From Octopus bimaculoides (lineage: Eukaryota), in assembly GCF_001194135.2 (NCBI RefSeq), contig NC_068982.1, positions 11,048,099 to 11,112,098 of the forward strand: a stretch of DNA of 64,000 nucleotides, written 5' to 3'. The notes under the pieces are model-generated. The model was given only the letters and a program-made list of their open reading frames with translations, made no database searches and was not told where the DNA came from. Below are positions 23,101-35,555 of the stretch, one piece after another (positions within the stretch are counted from its first letter, which is position 1; every line of letters starts with the position of its first letter). Made by a program: the position numbers and the translations under genes.

Positions 23101-25216
23101 GATTCAAACCATTGGTTTCTTTATTGAACATTTCCATACCGTTACCGCTACGAGATTGAAGGTTACAAACGAAATGAGCTGACCTAGATATTAATCTATT
23201 CTACGAACTATAAATCGCGTTAGTCTACGCCACTTCATCAAGGACTGAACTGCAGATGGTTAAGATGGCTGTAGAATAAACTTTTATACCACCGGGGAAG
23301 TTCCACCACCAGCAGACGAGGTGCATACCAACTTGGTATGCACCTCGACCTCCTAGTGACCAACAGCTAACTGCTCGATTCGAAGTTTTCTTTTCGCTTT
23401 CTCTTGATAAACTGAACCAACTACAACTTGCTAAAATATGAGATGTGCACAGCATACAGCTACATGTCTGTTCTGTTGGTGGTGTCTTTCTGCAGCCTTC
23501 GTAACTGCTTCAGATGCAAAACAGTATTCGAAGTCATTAAAACCATAAGCCTTTTCGAAGTTTAGACATTCATAATTACGCATCCTTTCTTCGACCATTT
23601 CAAAAACCAAATCTCTACTCTGAACGAATCTTCATTCATTTAGTCTCATTACGATACGTTTTAACATATTCGTCGATACTATATCAGTTCTTTCTCCACG
23701 ATTAATTATTATCAGAAACAGAACGCTTTAACAGAAAGATGGGAGAGAGAGAGAGAGCTTTAATTTTACTGTGACCGTTCAGCATATGAGCAGCGAAAAC
23801 AGAAACCGGATACCATTAACAGTTCCTGTCTTTATTGCCTCTTGAGAGTATACCACTGATATCCTAATTGTGCAATACCTCGACTAGAAAACTGATCAAA
23901 ATTGAAAGAGGTATTCAAGACACACCAGTAGAAAGAGCTGAAACTATTATAAAGAACGTCAAGAACATGCTTCTGGGTTACCATCAGATTTGTTAACTGT
24001 AATAACACATTTGGTTACTGTCGTCATCATAATGATAGAAAGAATACGCTCTCAGATTTCACGAGACTGTTAAGAGACCATTACTGGATACTGATTTCCC
24101 AGTACAAACCTTGAATAACTCTAAACATTATTCAGATAGAACAATAACGATTCAAGGTGAAAACAATGTTTACCACTACCTTCATATCCCAATCGCTTCA
24201 ACTAAGAAATAGAGTAGCAAATGTAAATTTGGTAACATTAGTTACAGAAATATGTTTTCTCTCATACTGAAACGTGATGGCTCTCAATATTTCTTGGAAC
24301 TGCAAATTTTTTAGATTTTTACAGCCTTAAAAATCATTCTTTCCGTAATTAACACGTCCTTCTGAGGAGATGGAGCAGAGTTTTGCAAATGAATTGAGCG
24401 AAACCTATTTGCAGCAAATGGATTTTCTGTGTGTTTCCTTCATTCATTGAAGAATTCGGAAGAGGAAGCAAATAGAAAAGTGTTGACAATATGATCTCTT
24501 TTCACGCTGTTCTGATGAATGAAAAGCCAATCGCTTCGTGCGTATTAAAGAGTATAGTGTTTAGGACCAAAACATTCCAATGTACAGGAATATATGACGC
24601 AAATTCTATATTTGAGTAAAATTAAGTACATTGCATTTGCATTATTTGCAAATATTGATAAAATGCTAAAAAGGTTGTTCTTAGTTTCATTTGACAAATG
24701 AGTGACAGGCAAATTAAACATATGCAACAATATAGATGAACTATTTCACTGGAAAACCACTTAAGGTCAAACGTTTTTATAGATTTCTTAAGTTAAGAAA
24801 GCTTAAGAAAATTAGAGATGGAGTTCGTTGGTTTCCTACGCCATCAGAAATAAACCAAATTATTTGGAATAAATCTAAAACCTTCGAATGTCATTCGGAT
24901 ATTAACACTTCTGATATGCAAGAATTTATTATAATATAAACGAAAAAGGGGGAAGTTTCATAAATATAAGGAAATAACTTAATTTCAGAATCTATCATTT
25001 TACTTGTGCAACACAACTTCAAAGAAAAACCCTGCGAGGACTTTCACTACTTTTTGGGGAATTATCAGCGACTATTATTAATAATTCGATCTTCAGAGAA
25101 ATATAGATAAGTGCATTAATACGCAAAGTAGTAAGACTGAGAAAAAATTTCGGTAATCATATTAGTTTAATTTAATCTTATCATTTACATGTATATAACT
25201 TTGTCAGTACATGCCC

Positions 25217-25259
<43 letters not shown>

Positions 25260-25437
25260 GCTAACAGCCAAGAAATTTACTCCACCCAAGATTCTACCCA
25301 GCTGCTACTAACATGAAAACTACATATTATATTCTTCTCTGGCACAAATATTTCAGGTTCAATATCCAACTTGCCTCTACAACCAATGTTACATTCTACA
25401 CCTCACCTTTGTCTCAAAAGCGAATTTTACGCTTACA

Positions 25438-25463
25438 TCTCGGCCTTTTGGCTAAGATCAAAG
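25438..25463 (+). pseudogene. U2 snRNA 5'-end fragment (3'-truncated retrocopy)
   Basis: TCTCGGCCTTTTGGCTAAGATCAAAG corresponds to the conserved U2 5' stem-loop I region (about nt 7 onward); no branch-site or Sm region follows. Confidence 0.8.
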
Positions 25464-25559
25464 CGAAATTTTAGCATCGACTAGTAGTTAATTTGGCAAC
25501 TCGCGCTTACCTAATTTTGCAAATTCATCCGTTATCTCGACTGTTCCTTCAAATGCCTG

Positions 25560-25700
25560 CAGTCATAATGAGCTATTTGATTTCCTTTCTTGGAATCAGC
25601 ATCATTTTTGGTGCTTTCAATGCACACAGCTCTCCATGAGTCTCTCTCATCGTTCTACAATTGTCTGCATTAGATAATACCCACACCTATCTCGTATAGA
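25560..25700 (+). mobile_element. LINE AP-endonuclease remnant
   Basis: GGAATCAGCATCATTTTTGGTGCTTTCAATGCACACAGCTCTCCATGA = GISIIFGAFNAHSSP*, resembling IILGDFNAH..W. Confidence 0.5.
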
Positions 25701-25909
25701 AATACTGGAAATTAATGTCTTCTCGTTTTCAAAACTAACCTAACAACACCTTTGCATCTATTACGTCATGCAATTAACTCCCATTCACCAACAATACAAC
25801 ATTCTTGCTCACCAAACACCTTGGGTCTTCCAGTAAGCAACCTGTTAATCAGCTCTATGCCGATATTGTTGAAAGTTACGTGTTTTACTCCCAGGTAATT
25901 TCATGCAGC

Positions 25910-26019
25910 TAAGAAGACAGCGAGCTGGTAGAAACGTTAGCACGCCGGACGAAATGCTTGGCGGTATTTCGTCTGTCTTTACGTTCTGAGTTCAAATTCC
26001 GCCGAGGTCGACTTTGCCT
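25910..26019 (+). mobile_element. SINE family A, 5' half
   Basis: Head to ...GTCGACTTTGCCT. Confidence 0.9.
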
Positions 26020-26024
26020 ACCTA

Positions 26025-26224
26025 CCTTATTCTTTTATTGCCCACAATAAGGGATTAAGTCGCTTACATCGACCGCAGTGCATAATTGGTACTTAATTTA
26101 TCGACCCCGAAAGAATGAAAGGCAAAGTGGACCTCGGCGGAATTTGAACTCAGAACGTAACGGCAGACGAAAACCGCTAAGCATTTCGCCCGGCATGCTA
26201 ATTTTCTACCAGCTCGCCGCCTTA
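26025..26224 (-). mobile_element. SINE family A, near full length
   Basis: Reverse-complement copy, tail-to-tail with the previous copy. Confidence 0.9.
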
Positions 26225-26399
26225 GAGTCAGAAAATATTATATAGCTAATCAGTTGATGTTCCTTTATAAGATTCAACAGTTACATTGGAGTACTGTTTA
26301 CATTAATTAAAAGACGTTAATCTTATACGCAAATACATCCTAGATACTATCCAAAAGAAGTCCATTTGACTGGTTGACAATAATTAAGTCACCAACCCA

Positions 26400-26750
26400 C
26401 GGCAACGGCTAACTCAAAGACGCGCAATTGACTCTCTTGGCCCCTTATATAACTATTGTAAGCTACACACTCTTTCCATTCAAGCCATTCCGTCACACCA
26501 GTCTCTTCGCTCTATTTTTCTTACTTCGTAGACCTCGCTCTAAACTTTTTCTAATCCTTGTTCTTCATGAATGCAACCTTCGAGAACGCACCCATGACCT
26601 AAACTTTCCTTACAAATTTTAACCTTCTAATATTCAAACTGAAACATCAATCGCAATGGTCTCATGATATCCGGAAACTGTCTTGAATGCTCATCATCTT
26701 CATCTCTGTAACTTATGTAACCTCTTTGCACTAATGCACGAATAAATAAC
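26400..26750 (+). mobile_element. Jockey-group LINE 3' remnant
   Basis: Decayed RRPRSKLF ... FP..FNLLIFK..NINR C-terminal pattern across frameshifts. Confidence 0.45.
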
Positions 26751-26945
26751 AAAGTCATGCGCCGTTCTTAATACACAAGAAGAGTGTGTAATAAACAAAT
26801 AAGAACTGATTCAGTGCAACTGACAGCTTTCGACTTAAATTCAATTTTCCAATTTCCTATGGAATGACATCTAAGGAAACATCCAAGGAAAGCGAAGGAT
26901 TGGAAACTTAAGTTCAATAAACTCAGGTCCACTGTGCCAGCTTAA

Positions 26946-27009
<64 letters not shown>

Positions 27010-27234
27010 ATGTGTGTGTTCTGAACGGAAGGATATGAAGACACCTGCACCCAATAATCCAAGTGATTTGAATACCTGTTCTTGCAGCTAAATTACTTAG
27101 GATTAATCGAACAACTTGAGAAACGCAATGGAACTCTAACAATGTATTTGGACTCAACGTCTTTGATCTGGTGGCTCAACCTTTCATACACCCCGACATG
27201 TTGCTTCTATATTGTATTTATATCGCTGGAAAGG

Positions 27235-27790
27235 ATTAGTAGTTGTTTAGCAAGGGTCAGCCCTGAATGAGAATCCTAAGGGTCGAAGACTTTCCAGCTG
27301 TAACTGTACATTCTTGCTCTCAGGAATAGAGTATTTAGGACAGTGGTTCTCCCGTATGAGCCCGCTAAAGCTTATATAAGATTTTGGGTAGGGGTCCTGG
27401 TAAACAAAATTGTAAATTGGGGTCCACAGTAGCGTATTAATATTCGATGAAAAATTTTTACTTTGGATGTATTTATAGTAAGAAACAAGATTTCTTTCTC
27501 GAATGTTTTACATAGTTCAATCTACACAAGTGAATGCGTGTAAAACAAAATGGATATTTTGAAAGAAATATCAATCAAACTAGTTTTTAAACATTAAATA
27601 GTTACAGAGGTCCACCAAAAATAATCAAAGGGGTCCAGAGATGAGAAATATTTAAGAACCACTGATCTAGGACTACGTGACATAATATACTCTTACTTTT
27701 TAAAATCGATAGAATGTGATATGAGGGAGATGTGGCTGTTATTTCAATAAAGTCGGATGACTACGTGGAGACTCCCTCACTGGATCGTAT
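27235..27790 (-). mobile_element. Family D repeat split by a hAT MITE
   Basis: TAGTTGTTTAGC..GGTCAGCCCTGA left of the MITE and TGAGGGAGATGTGGCTGTTATTTC right of it; reverse of the 15651-15838 core. Confidence 0.55.
27341..27664. mobile_element. hAT (Charlie-like) MITE
   Basis: Termini CAGTGGTTCT / AGAACCACTG; 8-bp TSD ATTTAGGA / ATCTAGGA (7/8). Confidence 0.9.
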
Positions 27791-28099
27791 TTGAATTGAT
27801 CAATATAAGAATAATTTTTAGTTGATCTATACACATTTTATTTAATGTTTTAAATATCCTAGTCACTGCAATTAAACTGCTTCTTACATGCTACATTCTA
27901 AAAGGCACCCTGATAATAGTTTTTAGCATCGACACAAGGCCAACATATGGTCAAGGGATTAATCATGTCGTTTCTAGAAACTAGCAGATATTCAGTTAAT
28001 CGATCCCGGGAAAAGGTAAAGAAATCTGGGCGCTCTACAGCGACGTTGTAAATATTAATACAGAGACACAAGGCCATAATGTTGAGGGAAAAGGTACAA

Positions 28100-28235
28100 A
28101 TAATTACATCACTCAGTACTAGACAAGTATTTATTGTTACCGGCGACCCCGGAAGAATGAACGGTAAAGTCGATCTTGGTAGGATTCGAACTCGGAACAT
28201 TAAGGAACGTGACTTTCTGCCAGCTCGCCGCCTTT
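28100..28235 (-). mobile_element. SINE family A, internally deleted
   Basis: GACCCCGGAAGAATGAA...GAACTC...TTCTGCCAGCTCGCCGCCTT. Confidence 0.7.
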
Positions 28236-28237
28236 AA

Positions 28238-28377
28238 CCCATTTTAACCCACTGTCCTCGTTTGAGGACAGTTGTATTTGGTTTATTTACTGCAATAAAG
28301 GTTAACTGGACGCTTCCGTATGTTTGTTATCCCTATTTATATAACTATCTTCAAAATTTCGACAGAGTTAACCTGGG
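28238..28377. mobile_element. TTAA-flanked piggyBac-like MITE (140 bp)
   Basis: TTAA-CCCATTTTAACCCACTGTC ... GACAGAGTTAACCTGGG-TTAA; internal 9-bp hairpin at 28251-28272. Confidence 0.7.
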
Positions 28378-28384
28378 TTAAATA

Positions 28385-28539
28385 ATCCTTTCTACTCTAG
28401 ACACGTGGCCTGAATTTTTACGAAAGAGGTCTAGTTGATTACATCAACCTCAGTGCGTAACCGGTACTTATTTTATCGACGACGAGAGCATGAAAGGCAA
28501 AGTCGGCCTCGGCGGCTCAGAACAATTGAACTCAGAACA
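28385..28539 (-). mobile_element. SINE family A, 3' part, running into a gap
   Basis: CTTTCTACTCTAG tail, GGTACTTATTTTATCGAC, GAAAGGCAAAGTCG. Confidence 0.8.
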
Positions 28540-29574
28540 NNNNNNNNNNAATAATGAATAGTATTGTAGAGTTCAGAGTAAAAAAAAAAAATCATTTGCT
28601 TCTTCAATTATCATTGCTTATAAAACATTCAGTGGCCATTGTTTGTTTATCCTGCCAGTCTGTAAACAGATACATATTATTATTGGTTTTGCAGGCGTTT
28701 TTGAACTTCTAGCACATTTGAGAATCTCTCATCTTACATTTCCATTCTGAAGTTTCATTATAGTTTGCTCAAAAAACAATATAAATGAATAGTAAAAATG
28801 TAGTTACAAAAAGTGAAAAATTTCAGATTTTATCACACTGAAGTGTCATAAATTTGATGGAGATATTTTCTTATTCACAGATATAGTTTGAAGTTTAATT
28901 ATTTTTCCGCTACAAAAGTGATCAAATATTTTAGGCAATATTACAAAATAAATTACTTTTATAAACGAATTATGAGCTTGCTATCAACTTTATTTTGGTA
29001 TAAGATACGTGACCTTTATATAAAGATTACATGCGAGAGCTTTCCTTCATATAGTCACCATACGTCGTTGATAGCTTTGTTCAATAAGGTGATATCTGAT
29101 ATTAAATTATCGATTAAGTAACTGCTAATATTTAAATGTTAAGTGAATTTTAGGTAGTGTGGACACCCATTCGAAACTGAAAACTTTGAAAATCGGTTTG
29201 TATGCATGTTTTTTCTTTTCAGTCTCGAACTGGTGCTTTGAATATTTAATGCCATCTTACATTGAATTATATAATTTATGTCATAAATATTACACATGCC
29301 GTGTGAGCGTCAATTTAAAATGCATATCTTTGAATTAAAATGTATAATTTTGATATAAAATGTACAGCTGTAGAATAGAATATATAACTTTCATAAAAAT
29401 GTATAATAGTTATCTATGCAACTATCATGGTAAAGGATTCGGTTATATAACTGGAAACGAATCGTCAATTTTCTATATGTCTTGTTTGCAATTATGATCT
29501 ATATATTATATATATATATTTCTCTCTCTCCCTCTCTCTCTCACTCACACTCTCTTTTCCCCTCTGAAGGCAGC

Positions 29575-29760
29575 TAATGAAGGAGCTCAACCTACTAAAA
29601 ATTGCAATCAAATCTTTTTCAAATTGTCCCTGCTGTCTTCAAAATGAGAGGACATTAGATACTGTAGTTCAACATACACGCTAAAGACAGCATGTTTACC
29701 ACAGGAATGTTCTTAATCATTTGTTTACTTGATTGGGGCCGAACTAGGCCTCAACAACTC
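29575..29760 (+). mobile_element. Family D repeat, decayed
   Basis: AAAAATTGCAATCAAATCTTTTCAAATTG..TGCTGTCTT..GACATTAGATACTGTAG resembles the 15651-15838 copy. Confidence 0.5.
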
Positions 29761-29764
29761 TCTC

Positions 29765-29807
<43 letters not shown>

Positions 29808-29986
29808 TTCTCTCCTCCTTATTCCTCTCTCACGCTCTCTCTTTCTCTCTCTCTCTCCCTCTCTCCCTCTCTCTCTCCCTCTCTCTCTCTCTCTGCGTGT
29901 TTCTTTCTATCTATCTCATATCTATGAGGTTTCTACCGAAAGTATTGCAAAAGTAAGCATAACTAAAATCATTCACACACACACAC

Positions 29987-30653
29987 NNNNNNNNNNNNNN
30001 NNNNNNNNNNNNNNNNNNNNNNNNNNNNNNNNNNNNNNNNNNNNNNNNNNNNNNNNNNNNNNNNNNNNNNNNNNNNNNNNNNNNNNNNNNNNNNNNNNNN
30101 NNNNNNNNNNNNNNNNNNNNNNNNNNNNNNNNNNNNNNNNNNNNNNNNNNNNNNNNNNNNNNNNNNNNNNNNNNNNNNNNNNNNNNNNNNNNNNNNNNNN
30201 NNNNNNNNNNNNNNNNNNNNNNNNNNNNNNNNNNNNNNNNNNNNNNNNNNNNNNNNNNNNNNNNNNNNNNNNNNNNNNNNNNNNNNNNNNNNNNNNNNNN
30301 NNNNNNNNNNNNNNNNNNNNNNNNNNNNNNNNNNNNNNNNNNNNNNNNNNNNNNNNNNNNNNNNNNNNNNNNNNNNNNNNNNNNNNNNNNNNNNNNNNNN
30401 NNNNNNNNNNNNNNNNNNNNNNNNNNNNNNNNNNNNNNNNNNNNNNNNNNNNNNNNNNNNNNNNNNNNNNNNNNNNNNNNNNNNNNNNNNNNNNNNNNNN
30501 NNNNNNNNNNNNNNNNNNNNNNNNNNNNNNNNNNNNNNNNNNNNNNNNNNNNNNNNNNNNNNNNNNNNNNNNNNNNNNNNNNNNNNNNNNNNNNNNNNNN
30601 NNNNNNNNNNNNNNNNNNNNNNNNNNNNNNNNNNNNNNNNNNNNNNNNNNNNN
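29987..30653. other. Assembly gap (N run)
   Basis: Continuous N run. Confidence 0.99.
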
Positions 30654-30685
<32 letters not shown>

Positions 30686-30712
30686 TATATGTATGTTTGT
30701 AAGTATGTATGT

Positions 30713-32031
30713 ACTAGCTGGTGTGCCCGGTAATTCCCGGGGGTAAAGATGTATTGAAACGCCTTCTTACTTTGATATAAGAAAGTAATTTCGTTATAAC
30801 TGCCACAAAATGTGTATATTCCGTCGCGAAAAAGTACAAAAAACTGTCAGCTGGAGGAGGGAGAGATTGTATGTATATAAATATATGAATCAAGTGCTTG
30901 AAGAAATTGCAATAATAACGATCACACTCACTGATGGTCACTCTCAGTAACTGCCTTTAGCTTACGGAATTCTTGTTTTTATAGCTATCGAAAAGCTGCG
31001 AGAAGGATAGACATATTGTTGAGAACAAATGATTTCGTTGGACGTCTGTTATCTCCATTCCAGCCCCTGGTGGCCTAGAAGAGGTTAGAAGGGTCAAGTG
31101 GCAAAGACATTATTCTGCTTAGCGAAGGCATCTGGGAAATGTATAACTGCTCTCATTCACAGAAAACCTATTGTGAGAAAAGCGCTGTTGAAGTTTTAAG
31201 TGAAATTTGGCAATCGAAGATCGAATCGACGCTATGCCTGCATGAAGCCACTACAAATACGTTGTGGAATAAAAAATTTATTTACTGTCATGGAAAAATT
31301 GTATCTGTAAAAATGCAGAATTATCGGAGTAATTGGCATTCAAAAAAGTATGTATGTATAGAAATGTATGAATTAAGTTTTTAAGGTTTAAGATTCAAAT
31401 TAAGGAAGTGCAATAATAGTGTTTAGCAGTTCAAAACTGTGAGTAGTGAAATGCAGAATTAGGTCGGCTGATCGTGAGAATCAAATATTGATGGCTTCTT
31501 TAAAAACTGCAGGTGGTATGGGTCATTTCCCTTGGGTTGTTTAAATAAAATATTAGTAATATGTAGTAGATATAAGGATCCATTGGCGGGGCCGTATTAT
31601 CGATTTTCTTTCAACAATCTAAGTATGCTACGAGGTTTCCAGACATGAGTTCTACTCACATGTCAAATAAAGTATAAAAGTGATATCGACTGCAAAAATT
31701 AGAAATTGGACACACAAAAAAATCAATATTCGAAGTAATCGATTATAAGTAATGAAATAGGTTATTTCCCTTGAGTTTAAAAAACAATATTGTGCAGGTG
31801 GTATGGGTTATTTCCCTTGGGTGTTTTAAAAAAATAGTTGTATGAGGTAGATATTAAGGTCCCTTCCAGGGGCCGTATTATCGATTTTTTCAACAATCTA
31901 AGTATGTCACGAGGTTTCCAGACATGAGTTCTACTCACATGTCAAATTTCATTAAGATCAGTAAAACGATGTAGGAAGTTAGCTAACAACGCCACAAACA
32001 AACACACCGATTTTCCATATATGTAGTAGAT
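30713..32031 (+). mobile_element. Non-autonomous Helitron/Helentron-like element with internal ~160-bp duplication
   Basis: 5' ACTAGCTG..CCCGG-TAATTC-CCGGG subterminal hairpin; 3' CATGTCAAATTTCATTAAGATC...ACAAACAAACACACC...ATATATGTAGTAGAT, typical ends of Helentron-associated (DINE-1/HINE-like) elements; 31508-31668 repeated at 31793-31947. Confidence 0.6.
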
Positions 32032-35000
32032 TATGCAAATAGGTAGATAGGTAGGTAGGTAGGTAGGTAGGTAGGTAGGTAGACTATTTCAGCACATTAC
32101 ATCGTTCTCGCTAATGCTAATAGATATTTCTAGCATTGTAAAAAAATTAAGCTAACAAATCTGTGACGAGAATCTAAATCATTTGATAGATCCCTGTACT
32201 TGATCGGTGCCTATGTTACCGATTCTAGAAGAATTAGAAACTAAGCCAACATTGGGATTTGAACATTAAAAATTTCGAAAATATTAAAAGATATTTTCTT
32301 TCGACACTGAGCTGTTTCTGAAATGCTCTCAAAATGCGGCTGTTTTGTTACAATTATCGGCCCAGACATCGAGATAATAAATGATGACAAAAATTTTTAC
32401 AAATACAAACTAAAACTAGTGATTTAGATGAAATGTTACCAATAGCAAAACAGATTCCTAATTTGATTTCTTGTTTGATATTTACAAAATTCTGCATTCT
32501 GTTATGGTGCAGTACAGATGTGTCCACAAAATATTTAATACTTAAAGTAAATTAACCTGATACTGTTAATGAGAAAATTTATCGCTTAAGCCTTATCGAC
32601 AAACATCGCTGACAGAAAACGTGAAGAGGCGTAATGCTCATTTATTATCAGTGAAGCTAAAACGGTATTCTCTTTACGCTGCCAAGAGCTGCTGTCCATA
32701 ATCCTATGCATTACCAAATAATTAAAATTTCAGATTGAAAAAGATTATCTTTGCAGTTAACATTATATTATGAATACCAAATATAGAATTAACATTTTGA
32801 TATCTCCCATTTCTCCCCTATTTCATTTTTAATTTATTAACTGTCACTATTATTATTTTCTCATATGTTCATTCATCGTTGTTATAGTCGTCTTTCTCTT
32901 ACTTTCTCAAGCACTTTATCTCCATCTTCTGTAAGAATGCTTCTCAAAAATGTTCTTTCTCCTTTGTGACTAGATAAGGAGTTATTAAACAAAAGACTAA
33001 ACTTATATTGGAAATAAAACTGCTCGTGTCTCTCTCATGAGCATTTAAACTGGAAATCGAAACTGATTTGAAACACTTGTATAGTCAGACCGTGCCCTTT
33101 GCTCTAATGCGCTTACTCCTTATGCCAATACAACCTGCAATAATAGTTGACTTACTATCCAGAATATACTAAGGCTGCTGGTGATCTTTAGACATGACTT
33201 CTGTAATATTTACTTTATGATAGATGTATCTTTCCCTAAATATATTCGTTGCACGTAACATTTTCTAAAATCCAGTTATTATTCTTCACATGAGACTTAG
33301 ATTTGAATAAGACACAATGAAAATCTGCTACCATTTTCAAATCACGGCCCTTAAAATTATAGTAAAATATTTATCCTCTAAACCATTTCATTTCCATATA
33401 TAGACAAAGACTATAGAAATTTAATACGAAACGGTTTTTTTCTCTTTTTAATTGTTTATCAAAATAAATATGAAAACAATTAACTTTCAAGTAAGTTTTG
33501 AGATTTTGTTATTAAACTTGCGTGAACTCTACACTCTATTGCTTTCTCTGAAACTTACGTTTTTTTCTTATGGTTTATTGAAATAAAAGCATGCCCGAAC
33601 CGAAGATTCATGAGTGTATACTTTAATAAAGATGCTTGATAAATTAAAATATTCATGCACTGGGTTTTACTTAGAGCCAAATGTTACTACAATTTACCTT
33701 AATGTGTTTCAAACCATTTTTCCAATAACCTGTCTTACCTTATTTTGAATTTGCTTTCCTTACGAATTGTGCTTCTTTGTTTTTTTTTCATTTTTCATCC
33801 TCCGACATTAGAGAGATGTTTCTCTGCTCTTCTTCCTCTGGGTAGTAATAATGTCTATTATGGGTTTCGTACGTGAAAGTCGAGAGAGGCATTTCACCTA
33901 ACAAATAACTCGTTGATTATACGATACCCTCTAGGGTGGAGAGCTGTCCCCTTCCGCATATATGTATTTATATTGGATTATAAATATTCTTACCGAAGAA
34001 ATAATACTGCTTCATTGATATAATACCAGTAGTCTCTTATTAGAGACGATATCAATTCAATTAAACCAGTTCCATCTCAGTATATCGACATTTTGAATGC
34101 ACCAGACAATAGATGAAATGAAAACATCGTGTATACTTTAATGAGTGGCTGAAATTCGTCTTTATGTTGTAAGATGGGGACATGTTAACTCGACGTTGTC
34201 CATCCTTCTCCAGGCTATTAATTACAGCAAGAAATTGTAGTTATGAGAATTGAAATGACTCAATTAAATTTGAATATATATTACAATGTCGACGTTGGCT
34301 TGCCGAGAGCTAGGTAATTCTATAGTTCTTTGGACAGTGAACACATCTAACCAAACAATATTATTAGGAATTTCAAACTAATACAGCCCATTAAATCGAC
34401 AGTGAGACCCTAAGGGAAATCACAAAACGTTAATTTACCATAATGTGCTTGGTTTGACACTTTTAGTTAATTACTAATTCCTACAGTAAGTAAATATTTG
34501 CTTAAGCTGTAATTTTTCCCAAAGGGTGTATGAATCAAGAGTCTATTTTGAAGTTTCAATAATCTAAAAGGTTAGTTCTTATTCAATCGTTGTTTATCTG
34601 ACTGGGATAGGTAGTTAACATTTAAACACATATCTCGTCGTTACAGGATATATTTGGTTTATTTCCTCACTCGAGGTCGAATAATGAAATGGATTCATTG
34701 AATTCATGAGTTAGTAAATATTTAAACACTTAATAGTTATTTTAGTGTCGCATCAAATGTTTGGACAAGCGTTTTGTCTTGCGATTCCTCCTATACACAT
34801 AGACGCTCATAAAATAGAAATGGAAGCCGTAAATATCAATGGACTCATAAAACAATGTGCAAATTAACGACGAAAATAAATTCCATCTTACATTATGGCT
34901 GAGTGATAATTTCTTTGGTAGACTTAAAATAAAGAAATAAAAATTGTACATTTATTGTATCACAAGCCTGAGACGTCATGACTAAAATATAAATCAGGTC

Positions 35001-35129
35001 TTCATAAAATAATGATTTCTAAACAAAATGTGAGAATAAATGTAAAATAGATAATTCCAACTATATTTTAATGCTTAAGTTTGGCAACTTAACACAGTTT
35101 TGGTGTTAGAAATCTGACTTAAAAGTATT

Positions 35130-35555
35130 TATTTCTACTGAAGGCACAAGACCAGAAATTTTGAGAAGTAGGGAGGTTAATATATAACATCGACCCCAAT
35201 ACTCAGCAAGTACTTATTTTATTGCTAACCGAAATTATGAAAGGTTGACCACGGCGGAATTTGAACTCAGTAAGTAAAGACAGAAGAATTGCGGCCAAGT
35301 GTTTTTGCCCATCTCACCACCTGAGTCACTTAAACAGACATTGGTTTCAAATTTTAGCACAAGGCCAGCAATTTTAGTGTAGGGGGAAATCGATTACATC
35401 GACCCCAGTTCTCAACCAGTACTTATTTTACCGACTCCGAAAGGATGAAAGCAAAGTCGACCTCGGCGGAATTTGAACTCAGAACGTAACGGCAGACGAA
35501 ATACCGCTCAGCATTTCGCTCGGCGCATTAACTATTCTGTCAGCTCACCACCTTC
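35130..35555 (-). mobile_element. Two tandem SINE family A copies (35130-35325, 35340-35555)
   Basis: Two reverse-complement bodies with different tail types. Confidence 0.85.

Noticed and set aside
23380-23500. Minus-strand CSCMLCTSHILASCS resembling a LINE CCHC knuckle
   Set aside because: The spacing is wrong and no downstream RH..V or endonuclease motif follows.
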